From: Actinomycetota bacterium
Lineage (GTDB): Bacteria > Actinomycetota > Acidimicrobiia > IMCC26256 > PALSA-555
Length of the DNA: 64,000 nt
Reading direction: 5' to 3'
Assembly (NCBI GenBank): GCA_016870595.1
Contig: VGBI01000003.1
Location: 534-64,533, forward strand
In this document: piece by piece, positions 55,974 to 63,643 of the stretch
How the letters are laid out: the number at the start of each line of letters is the position of its first letter
Numbering within the stretch: position 1 is the first letter of the stretch
Position numbers and translations under genes: made by a program
Notes under the pieces: generated by a model
Told to the model about the DNA's origin: nothing
What the model saw: the letters and a program-made list of their open reading frames with translations, nothing else
Databases searched by the model: none

Positions 55974-56735
55974 TCAGATGCGGGTGCCGGCCTCGATCGC
56001 CGGTGCGGCGCCGTCGGACGCGGCCGGGGTGATTCCGTCGAGCACGGTGACGGTGGCGTAGCCCTCAAGCACCAACGCGAGGTCGGAACCGGGGGGCGGT
56101 TCCTCGTCCCGCCCGGTGTACTCGAGCAGGACCTCACCGGCCCGGGCCTCGGCGCTCCATCGCTCGAGGAACGGCGCCAGCGTCGCCGACCGCACCCCCC
56201 GCACCTCGGCCAGCGGGCGGTCGGGGACGTTCAGGCTCACGGTCCGGGCCGGTCCGGCGCACCTGCGCGCGAACTCGAGGGCGGCCGGGACGAACGCGGT
56301 CGCGGTGGCCCAGTGCGGGTGCTCGCTCCAGGCCACGGAGACCGCGACCCCGGGGATCCCGAGGGTCGCGGCGGTGAGGGCGGCGCCCACGGTGCCCGAG
56401 TGCAGGACCAGGTGCCCGGAGTTCAGGCCGGGGTTCACCCCCGAGGCCACTGCGTCGGGCGGCGGGCCGAACGTGCCCAGCGCACCCGCGTAGACCGTGG
56501 CGGCGGGCGGCGCGTCGAGCGCGTAGACGGGCACGCCCGGCAGCTGCGGCCAGTCCACCTTGGTGCAGGCGATCGGCCCCTTGCGGTGGAGGCGGCCGAT
56601 CGACGCGCCGGCGCCGCTGCACTCGCCCGCCGGGGCGATCACGATGACGTCGTATCCTGCCGCCACCACGGCCTCGGCCAGGGCCTGGAGGCCGGGGGCA
56701 CCGACCCCGTCGTCGTTGGTCACGAGCACGCGCAC
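55974..56735 (-). CDS. surE: 5'/3'-nucleotidase SurE
   Basis: MRVLVTNDDG signature, GVNPGLN, SGTVGAA. The stop is only 5 bp from the convergent regX3 stop. Confidence 0.9.
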   Translation of the reverse strand: MRVLVTNDDGVGAPGLQALAEAVVAAGYDVIVIAPAGECSGAGASIGRLHRKGPIACTKVDWPQLPGVPVYALDAPPAATVYAGALGTFGPPPDAVASGVNPGLNSGHLVLHSGTVGAALTAATLGIPGVAVSVAWSEHPHWATATAFVPAALEFARRCAGPARTVSLNVPDRPLAEVRGVRSATLAPFLERWSAEARAGEVLLEYTGRDEEPPPGSDLALVLEGYATVTVLDGITPAASDGAAPAIEAGTRI

Positions 56736-56753
56736 GGGCGAACGCTACCGGGG

Positions 56754-57329
56754 TCAGGGCCGCGCGGTGGCTGCGACGGCGTAGAGCGCAAGCGTCCAGT
56801 GGTCGAGGCTCGGGACCCGTCCGGCGGGCGTGCGGGCGGTGTCGTCGGCCCGGCGGAGGGTGACCAGCGCCTCGGCGTCGGGGCGGGCGAGGAAGGTCGA
56901 GCGCTCGTCCGGGTCCATCAGGCCCCCGAGTCGCCGGAGGTGCTCCCGGGCCCCGGGTCCGAGGCGGCTGCGATACGACACGTCGACCGTGACGAGGTAG
57001 CGGACGGCGTCCTCGTGCCCGGCGACCAGGTCGGCGACCCGCCGCCCGAGGAGCGGGCGGACCGCCTCGGCGCCGGCCGCCGGGTGGCGGTCGGGACAGC
57101 GGGGCTCGAGCAGGGTGCCGAGATCGTGCACGAGGCCGGCGACCTGCAGCTCGAGGTCGCCGGGGGCGAGGGTCTCGAGCACGGCTGCGCACCGCAGTCC
57201 GTGGGTGAGCAGGTCGGCGTCGTCGGGGCGGTGCGGATCGCGGGCGAGGCGGCCGGCGTCGAGCAGCTCGAGCAGGCCACCGATGCCGGCGACCCGGCGG
57301 GCGGTCGGAGAGGAGGTCGGGCGGGGCAC
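56754..57329 (-). CDS. HD-domain protein resembling PhnZ-type mixed-valent diiron oxygenases
   Basis: Ligand-like pattern THGLRCA / LVHDLG / RHPAAG / AGHEDAVRYL / LRRADD, with PhnZ-like length (191 aa from GTG 57329). The longer ORF start at 57395 is TTG. The SD spacing for 57329 is poor, so the start is uncertain. Confidence 0.65.
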   Translation of the reverse strand: MPRPTSSPTARRVAGIGGLLELLDAGRLARDPHRPDDADLLTHGLRCAAVLETLAPGDLELQVAGLVHDLGTLLEPRCPDRHPAAGAEAVRPLLGRRVADLVAGHEDAVRYLVTVDVSYRSRLGPGAREHLRRLGGLMDPDERSTFLARPDAEALVTLRRADDTARTPAGRVPSLDHWTLALYAVAATARP

Positions 57330-57376
57330 CCTCCGATTGTGGAGGGTGGGGCGGGAGTGGCGGTGGGGGGACGCCG

Positions 57377-57434
57377 AGGGTTCACCCGACCGCAACCCGC
57401 TGTCCCCCCGGCGGCGAGTGAGGGTTCACCCCGC
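57377..57434 (+). promoter_or_regulatory. Two identical GAGGGTTCACCC boxes exactly 44 nt (4 x 11) apart in the SixA-HD intergenic gap
   Basis: GAGGGTTCACCCgac at 57377-57390 and GAGGGTTCACCCcgc at 57421-57434. Same GTTCACC core as the pstS, ppk1 and cNMP-gene sites. Confidence 0.45.
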
Positions 57435-57562
57435 CGTGTGAGGATGCGGTCGACGACAGCCCCGGCCGAGCACCGGCCCTCCCCCAAGGCCCTGTGTGCC
57501 GGCGGGTGCGCGCACGGGGGCGGCGGAACCAACCCCGCCCCCGTGCGATCGTCAATCCCGCG

Positions 57563-58045
57563 TCAGTCCCGTCCGGGTCGCGGCGGCGGGTGGTAGGTCG
57601 CGCGCGCGATCACCTCGCGCCGGGTGGTGAGCTCCCAGACCGAGCCCTTCTCCACCGGGGGTGTGCCGTTGCGCCGCCGCACCTTGATCCCCTCGGCACG
57701 CAGGTACCCGAGCAGCGCCAGCATCACGTCGCCGTGGGTGCACAGGACCGCGTCCTCGTCGCCGATCTTCTCGACCAGGCGCAGCACCTCGTCGAGCCCG
57801 GCGCCCTCGGCGAGTGCGTCGGCGAGATCAACGGGCAGGCGCAGGCGATTGGCCAGGGGCTCCACCGACTGTCGGCAGCGCACGTAGGGGCTGGCGACGA
57901 TGCGCGCGATCCCGAGGCCCTCGAGTCGGGGGACGAGCGCGTCGGCCTGACGGAGTCCGATCTTGGTGAGGGGCCGCTGGTCGTCGTCGCCCGTCCACGC
58001 GCTGCGCCGGCCGGCCCGGGCGTGGCGCAGGAGATGGATCGTCAC
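57563..58045 (-). CDS. Histidine phosphatase superfamily protein (SixA-like), equivalent to the C-terminal domain of mycobacterial MutT1
   Basis: GTG 58043-58045 overlaps the Nudix TGA (GTGA). IHLLRHARAG (RHA catalytic motif), PLTKIGLRQA, CTHGDV. Confidence 0.8.
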   Translation of the reverse strand: MTIHLLRHARAGRRSAWTGDDDQRPLTKIGLRQADALVPRLEGLGIARIVASPYVRCRQSVEPLANRLRLPVDLADALAEGAGLDEVLRLVEKIGDEDAVLCTHGDVMLALLGYLRAEGIKVRRRNGTPPVEKGSVWELTTRREVIARATYHPPPRPGRD

Positions 58046-58530
58046 CGGTGTCCTTCGAGTCGTCCGAGCAGGGCGCGGTCGTGCGGGTAGGTCAGGAGTC
58101 TGGCAGCCGCCTCCGGGGCGCACCACAGCAGGCGGTCCACCTCGTCGTCGGGTGCGACCGGCGGTTCGGGCCCGGGCGCCATCTGCCAGTAGTGGACGAC
58201 CTTGGGCTGGTCGCAGTGGTCGCGGTAGCGCACGACGCCGAGGTAGGGCCCGAGCGTGGCCGTGATCCCGGTTTCCTCGCCGACCTCGCGCCGGGCGGTC
58301 TGCTCGGGGGTCTCGCCCGGGTCCTGCTTGCCCTTGGGGAAGCTCCAGTCGTCGTAGCGCGGCCGGTGGACGACGAGCACCTCCGGCCCCGCCGGGCCCG
58401 GGCGGATCAGGATCCCGCCCGCCGCCACGACCTCGGGCTCGCCCGCCGCCACGACCTCGGGCTCGCCCGCCGCCACGACCTCGGGCTCGCGGGGCCCGGT
58501 CGTCGCGTCGGAGGGGGGAGGGCCGTTCAC
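58042..58530 (-). CDS. Nudix hydrolase (MutT1 N-terminal-domain-like) with triplicated EPEVVAAG N-terminal repeat
   Basis: GTG 58528-58530 overlaps the CHAD gene TGA (GTGA). Nudix box GKQDPGETPEQTARREVGEETGI. Confidence 0.85.
   Translation of the reverse strand: MNGPPPSDATTGPREPEVVAAGEPEVVAAGEPEVVAAGGILIRPGPAGPEVLVVHRPRYDDWSFPKGKQDPGETPEQTARREVGEETGITATLGPYLGVVRYRDHCDQPKVVHYWQMAPGPEPPVAPDDEVDRLLWCAPEAAARLLTYPHDRALLGRLEGHR
58417..58488. repeat. Three perfect tandem copies of a 24-bp unit (GCCCGCCGCCACGACCTCGGGCTC), in frame in the Nudix gene
   Basis: Units at 58417-40, 58441-64 and 58465-88, read directly with no mismatches. They encode EPEVVAAG x3 on the minus strand. Confidence 0.95.
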
Positions 58531-60050
58531 CGCCACCGTCGCACTCGCATCGGGGACGCTCCGGCCCACGCCTCGGGCCACGCGTCGCGGGCGGCGGCCG
58601 CCGCGACACGTTCGAGTGTCGCGAGCTCGCCGGCGGCGAATGCGGCGCGGGGGTCGGGCAGGGCCAGGCCGGTCGCCCGCAGCCAGGCGCCCGCAACCAC
58701 GGCGTCCTGGTGCTCCCCGAGCACGTCCTGGACCCGGGTGACGGCCCGGGCGAGGTCCCGGGCCGGGTTCCCGAACACCGGGACCATCACCTCGGCGGCG
58801 TAGCGCGCCCGCTTGGCGTGGATCCGGATCGCGTGCAGGGCTGCGTCGGGGGCGGGATCGGGGAGGGTGGCCACTGCGAGGCGTAGGCGCCGCAACGGCG
58901 CGCGGACCAGCCGGCGCAGGGCGTCGAGGTCGTCGGCGTCGGACCCGGGGACGACCGGTGGGCGCCCGGCCACGGCCACGAGTCGGTCGAGCAGGGCCAG
59001 GTACCGGGGACTCCGGAGCGCGGCGAGAAGCCGCTCGCGGGCCGCGGCCCGGTCGGCGTCGATGCGGTCGAGGATCGGCTGCGCGGCACGGGTGTCGCCG
59101 GGGTCGAGCCCGGCGAGCCGGCCGCGCAGGCGGTCGCGCAGGACGTCGGCGTCGCGGACGGCGCCGAGCTCGCTGGCGAGCCACCCGAGCTCGGCCCGCA
59201 GCACCCGGATCGGGACCGGGTGGAGGTGGGGCCGGAAGGTCCGTAGGTGCGACCGGAGCCGCCGCGTGGCGACCCGGGCCTGGTGCACCCCCTCGGGATC
59301 CTCGCCGATCCGGGCGACGGGGTCGTGGGCGACGAGACGCTGGACCGACTCCGCCAGCGCGTGCCGGAGCACCCCGGTGACCGTCGCCGGGGTCCCGACC
59401 GGAGGCACGACGACGTCGGGTTGGGCCCGGGCGAGGGGTCCGAGCGCCCGGGTGACCTTCGGAAGGGGGGTCGACCCCTCGTCGGGGTCCGCGCTCGCGG
59501 ACCGCAGCCGGGCCACGACCGCGGCGACCACCGCCGCCGATGCATCGGGGGCGACCTCGAACTCGATCTCGCGGAACTCCCGGGACGGGGGCGCACCGGC
59601 CACGCGGCAGCGGTCGTCGGTGAGGACCCCGATCTCGGCTCCATCGGCTCCGGCGGTTCCGGTGGTGCCGGCCGGCCCGAGCATCCGCAGCGCGCGCCGC
59701 TCGCGGGTGGTGTGGAGCCGGGCGACCGGGGTGAGCCGGGCGGTGCGCACACGCGCGGCCACGAGGTCGCGTGCCGCGACCGGAGGGTCACCGGGCGGTC
59801 CGGCGACGGGGTGCTCGGCCCGGACGAGCGGGGCGTCGGTCGTACCTGCGACCGGGAGCTTGACCGTCCAGCCGTCGTCGCTGCGGTGACGCAGCGACGC
59901 GCCGACGCGGGTGAGGCGCAGGTCGACGGTGTCGTAGTAGACCGCGGTCTGCTCGACCACCACCGGGTCGCCCACCGCCACGAGATCGGCGAGCCCGGGG
60001 ACCTCCCGGCCGGGCGGGACGACGAACTTGTACTCCCGCTCGGTGGGCAT
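58527..60050 (-). CDS. CYTH (triphosphate tunnel metalloenzyme) plus CHAD domain protein
   Basis: N-terminal EREYKF (ExExK) CYTH signature. The C-terminal His/Arg-rich helical CHAD region has HQARVATRRLRS and IRIHAKRARYAAE. Confidence 0.9.
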   Translation of the reverse strand: MPTEREYKFVVPPGREVPGLADLVAVGDPVVVEQTAVYYDTVDLRLTRVGASLRHRSDDGWTVKLPVAGTTDAPLVRAEHPVAGPPGDPPVAARDLVAARVRTARLTPVARLHTTRERRALRMLGPAGTTGTAGADGAEIGVLTDDRCRVAGAPPSREFREIEFEVAPDASAAVVAAVVARLRSASADPDEGSTPLPKVTRALGPLARAQPDVVVPPVGTPATVTGVLRHALAESVQRLVAHDPVARIGEDPEGVHQARVATRRLRSHLRTFRPHLHPVPIRVLRAELGWLASELGAVRDADVLRDRLRGRLAGLDPGDTRAAQPILDRIDADRAAARERLLAALRSPRYLALLDRLVAVAGRPPVVPGSDADDLDALRRLVRAPLRRLRLAVATLPDPAPDAALHAIRIHAKRARYAAEVMVPVFGNPARDLARAVTRVQDVLGEHQDAVVAGAWLRATGLALPDPRAAFAAGELATLERVAAAAARDAWPEAWAGASPMRVRRWR

Positions 60051-60065
60051 GGCGGGACCGGTCGA

Positions 60066-62168
60066 TCAGGCCCGGTGCGCGCGTTCCGCCGCGCGTCGGT
60101 GGAGCTCGCATTGGGCGTTGACGCGTCGGTCGTCGGTGGGCTGGGGCACCCGGGACCACGTGCCGTCGGCATCGAGCTCCCACGCGAGGTCGGTGTCGGC
60201 GAGGACGGTGGCGACGATCTCCTCGAGGCGGCCCCGCAGCGCCGGGTCGCGCACCGGCGCGAGCGCCTCGACCCGGCGGTCAAGGTTGCGGGGCATGAGG
60301 TCGGCGGACCCGATGTACCACTCGGCCGTGAGCGGGTCGGGGCCGAAGCGGAACATGCGGGAGTGCTCGAGGTACCGGCCGACGATCGATCGCACCCGGA
60401 TGGTCTCGGAGAGTCCGGGCACGCCGGGGCGCAGGCAGCAGATCCCGCGCACGACGAGATCGACGGGCGTGCCTGCGGCCGAGGCCTGGTAGAGCTCGTC
60501 GATCAGCGACGGGTCGACCAGGCTGTTCATCTTCATGACGATGCGCCCGGCCGGGCCGGCGGCGGCCTGGGCCCGGATCCGCTCGGCCAGGCCGGCCCGC
60601 AGTGCCTCGGGGGCGACCAGGAGGTCCTGATAGCCGACCGGGCGGCTGTAGCCGGTCAGGTGGTTGAAGAGCTCGGTGAGCTCGGCGCCGAACTGCGGAT
60701 CGGCGGTGAGCAGGCCGAGGTCCTCGTAGAGCGACGCGGTCTTCGGGTTGTAGTTGCCGGTGCCCACGTGGCAGTAGCGGCGGATGCCGTCGGCCTCCTG
60801 GCGCACGACGAGGATGATCTTGGCGTGGGTCTTGAGACCGACCAGCCCGTAGACCACGTGGACGCCGGCCTCCTCCAGGACGCGCGCCCGCTCCATGTTC
60901 GCCTGCTCGTCGAAGCGGGCCTTGAGCTCGATGAGCGCCACGACCTGCTTGCCCTCGCGCGCTGCGTCGGCCAGGGCCGAGACGATCGCGCTCTCGGCGC
61001 CGGCCGTTCGGTAGATGGTCTGCTTGATCGCGAGGACGTCGGGATCCTGGGCCGCCTGGGTGATGAACGCTTCCACCGAGGTCGCGAACGAGTCGTAGGG
61101 GTGGTGCACGAGGATGTCGCCGTGGCGGAGCATCGCGAAGATGTCGGGCCGGAGCTCGGTCGGGACCAGCGTGGCGGGGGTCTGGGCCGGCCACGGCGTG
61201 TCCTTCAGCTCGGGCCGGTCGAGGGCGAGGAGGGCCCAGAGGCCGCTGAGGTCGAGGGGCCCGTCGACGACCGTCACCGCGTCGTCGTCGATCTCGAGCT
61301 CGCGCTGCAGGACGTCGCGCACCTCGTCGGGCATCAGGGTGTCGATCTCGAGCCGGACCACCTTGCCGAACTTCGTGCGACGGTGCAGCACCTCCTCGAT
61401 GGCCTCGAGGAGGTCCTCGTCCTCGTCGTCGAGCTCGAAGTCGGTGTTGCGGGTGACCCGGAAGGGATGGTGGGTCACGATCTCCATCCCGGGGAAGAGC
61501 CGGTCGAGGTGGGCGGCGATGACCTGCTCCACCGGGACGAAGCGGTGCGCGTCGGCGAGGGCGACGAAGCGGGGGAGGACGGCGGGCACCTTGACCCGGG
61601 CGAAGCGGTCCTCCAGCGTCCGGTCGTCGCGCACGAGGACGGCCAGGTTGAGCGAGAGGTTGGAGATGTAGGGGAAGGGGTGCGCCGGGTCGACTGCGAG
61701 TGGGGTGAGGACCGGGAAGATGCGCTGCTCGAACACCGCGGCGAGCTCGGCCCGGTCCGCTCCGGTGAGCTCGTCCCACCCGGTGAAGCGGATGCCGACC
61801 GCCTCGAGCGCAGGCTTCACGTCGTCGACGAAGATCTCGGTGTGGCGGGCGACCAGGTCGCGGGCCCGGGCCCGGACCGCCCGGAGCTGCTCGACCGGGT
61901 CGAGGCCGTCGGGGGTCTTCGTGCGCAGGCCCGCGTCCATCTGGTCCTGGAGGCCCGACACGCGGACCTGGAGGAACTCGTCGAGGTTCTGGGCGAAGAT
62001 GGCCAGGAACTTGGCCCGCTCGAGCAGGGGCGCGGCCGGGTCCTCGGCGAGCGCGAGGACCCGGCGGTTGAAGTCCAGCCACGACAGCTCGCGGTTGAGG
62101 TACCGGGCGGGGTCGGACCGGATCCCGGAGGCCGCGGCCGCATCCTCCTGCCAGTGACGGTCGCTCAC
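60066..62168 (-). CDS. ppk1: Polyphosphate kinase 1
   Basis: 700 aa. NRELSWLDFNRRVL, FLAIFAQNLDEF, HAKIILVVR (phosphohistidine region), GTGNYNPKTA, HSRMFRF. Confidence 0.95.
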   Translation of the reverse strand: MSDRHWQEDAAAASGIRSDPARYLNRELSWLDFNRRVLALAEDPAAPLLERAKFLAIFAQNLDEFLQVRVSGLQDQMDAGLRTKTPDGLDPVEQLRAVRARARDLVARHTEIFVDDVKPALEAVGIRFTGWDELTGADRAELAAVFEQRIFPVLTPLAVDPAHPFPYISNLSLNLAVLVRDDRTLEDRFARVKVPAVLPRFVALADAHRFVPVEQVIAAHLDRLFPGMEIVTHHPFRVTRNTDFELDDEDEDLLEAIEEVLHRRTKFGKVVRLEIDTLMPDEVRDVLQRELEIDDDAVTVVDGPLDLSGLWALLALDRPELKDTPWPAQTPATLVPTELRPDIFAMLRHGDILVHHPYDSFATSVEAFITQAAQDPDVLAIKQTIYRTAGAESAIVSALADAAREGKQVVALIELKARFDEQANMERARVLEEAGVHVVYGLVGLKTHAKIILVVRQEADGIRRYCHVGTGNYNPKTASLYEDLGLLTADPQFGAELTELFNHLTGYSRPVGYQDLLVAPEALRAGLAERIRAQAAAGPAGRIVMKMNSLVDPSLIDELYQASAAGTPVDLVVRGICCLRPGVPGLSETIRVRSIVGRYLEHSRMFRFGPDPLTAEWYIGSADLMPRNLDRRVEALAPVRDPALRGRLEEIVATVLADTDLAWELDADGTWSRVPQPTDDRRVNAQCELHRRAAERAHRA

Positions 62169-62208
62169 CGCGCCATCGTAGGGGACGCCGCGAACCGGGC
62201 ATCGGGCC

Positions 62209-62230
62209 GCCCGGTGAACCCCCGGTGAAC
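62209..62230 (-). promoter_or_regulatory. Two contiguous 11-nt PHO-box-like direct repeat units upstream of ppk1
   Basis: The minus strand reads GTTCACCGGGG GTTCACCGGGC (62230 to 62209), in the same orientation as ppk1 and 41-62 nt upstream of its GTG start (62168). Confidence 0.55.
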
Positions 62231-62272
62231 ACCGACCCGGGCCTGCCTCCCGGGGGTACCGTGGCGCCGAAA

Positions 62273-63622
62273 ATGGCCACCGATCCCCGGTTCCTGCCGC
62301 CCTCGCCGTTCTCGCGGCTGGTCACGGCCCATGCGGTGAGCATGTGCGCCGACGCCGCCATCGCGGCGTCGCTCGCGGGGTCGCTGTTCTTCTCGAGCCC
62401 GGCGTCGTCGTCGCGGGAGAAGATTCTCCTCTACCTGCTGGTGACGATGCTGCCGTTCGTCGTCGTCGCCCCGGTGCTGGGCCCGGCGCTCGACTACCGC
62501 CGGAGCGGGCGGCGCATCCTCATCGCGGTGTCGATGCTCGGTCGGGGCGTCCTCGCGCTCCTGATGGCCCGGTGGGTCGCCGAGCCCGCGCCCGAAGGGC
62601 TGCTCGTGTACCCCCTTGCCTTCGGCATCCTGGTGCTGGCCAAGGGCTACTCGGTGGCCAAGAGCGCCTTGGTCCCCGCGGTGATCGGCCGTGAGGACGA
62701 GCTGGTCCGCGCCAACTCGCGGCTCGCGTTGGTCAGCGCGATCGCGACGACCGTCGGGGGCGTGCCGGCCTTCGCGATCCAGGAGGTGTTCGGGGCGGCG
62801 TGGTCGTTGCGCTTCGCGTTCGTGCTGTTCACCGTGGGGACCCTGCTCTCCCTGCGGATCCCCTCGGTGAAGCTCCTCCGGACCGCGCGCGAGGAGGCGC
62901 TCGAGTACGGGGAGATGCAGCAGCCCAGCATCCTCCTCGCCGGGAGCGCCATGGCGCTCATCCGCGGTGCGGTCGGATTCCTCGCCTTCTTCGCTGCCTT
63001 CTCGCTGAAGGACAACCTGTTCGGTCTCGGGGTCGCGGCGATCATGGCGGTGACCGGTGGCTTCGTCGGCAACGTGATCGGTCCGCGCGTCCGGCGGCGA
63101 CTGCGGGAGGAGCAGATGCTGGCGGTGGCTCTGCTCGTCACCGGTGGCATGGTGATGATCAGCGTGCTGCTCGGCACCGTGCTCGCGTTCGCGTTGGCGA
63201 GCCTGGCGGTCGCGGTCGGCGCGGCCGTCGGCCGTCTCGCCTTCGACAGCCTTCTCCAGCGGGACGGACCCGACGCTGCGCGCGGACGGGCGTTCGCGCG
63301 CTTCGAGACCCGGTTCCAGGTGACGTGGGTCCTGGGCGCGCTGATCGGCATCATCCCCCAGAACGTGCGGATCGGCCTCGGGGTCCTTGCGGTCGTGCTG
63401 GTGCTCGGCGGCGCGTCGTACGTGGGGGCCCGGCGGGCGGCGGGGAGCCGCCCGATGCGCACCACCCTGCGGCCGCAGGCGGTGGACCGGGCCGTGGGCC
63501 GGGCGGCCGGGAGCGTCCGCCGGCGGGTCCGGGCCCAGCGCGGCCGGGGCCGGCGGCGGCGTCGGCCGCCCCCCGACGAGCGGGTGGTGCCGCTCGGGTG
63601 GGACGACGAGCCGACCGGCTGA
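62273..63622 (+). CDS. MFS-like multi-pass membrane protein with basic Arg-rich tail
   Basis: About 10-12 hydrophobic segments. ATG 62273 is preferred over GTG 62225, which would overlap the ppk1 boxes. Confidence 0.65.
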   Translation: MATDPRFLPPSPFSRLVTAHAVSMCADAAIAASLAGSLFFSSPASSSREKILLYLLVTMLPFVVVAPVLGPALDYRRSGRRILIAVSMLGRGVLALLMARWVAEPAPEGLLVYPLAFGILVLAKGYSVAKSALVPAVIGREDELVRANSRLALVSAIATTVGGVPAFAIQEVFGAAWSLRFAFVLFTVGTLLSLRIPSVKLLRTAREEALEYGEMQQPSILLAGSAMALIRGAVGFLAFFAAFSLKDNLFGLGVAAIMAVTGGFVGNVIGPRVRRRLREEQMLAVALLVTGGMVMISVLLGTVLAFALASLAVAVGAAVGRLAFDSLLQRDGPDAARGRAFARFETRFQVTWVLGALIGIIPQNVRIGLGVLAVVLVLGGASYVGARRAAGSRPMRTTLRPQAVDRAVGRAAGSVRRRVRAQRGRGRRRRRPPPDERVVPLGWDDEPTG

Positions 63623-63643
63623 CCGGCTGACCGGCGCCCCGGA

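Noticed and set aside
56433-56439. GTTCACC heptamers inside coding regions. Examples: the surE gene at 56433, and others seen in the photolyase-like, TauD, Mo-enzyme, sdhA and lyase genes.
   Set aside because: They are isolated, not in 11-nt phased pairs, and lie within ORFs. I treated them as background occurrences, and they show the core alone is not diagnostic.
57330-57395. Longer TTG-initiated versions of the HD-domain gene (start 57395), the membrane-protein gene (start 35716), and the GTG 62225 start of the MFS-like gene.
   Set aside because: These are rare start codons or extensions that add low-complexity residues and overlap putative regulatory boxes. Shorter starts give family-typical lengths. 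The starts remain uncertain.
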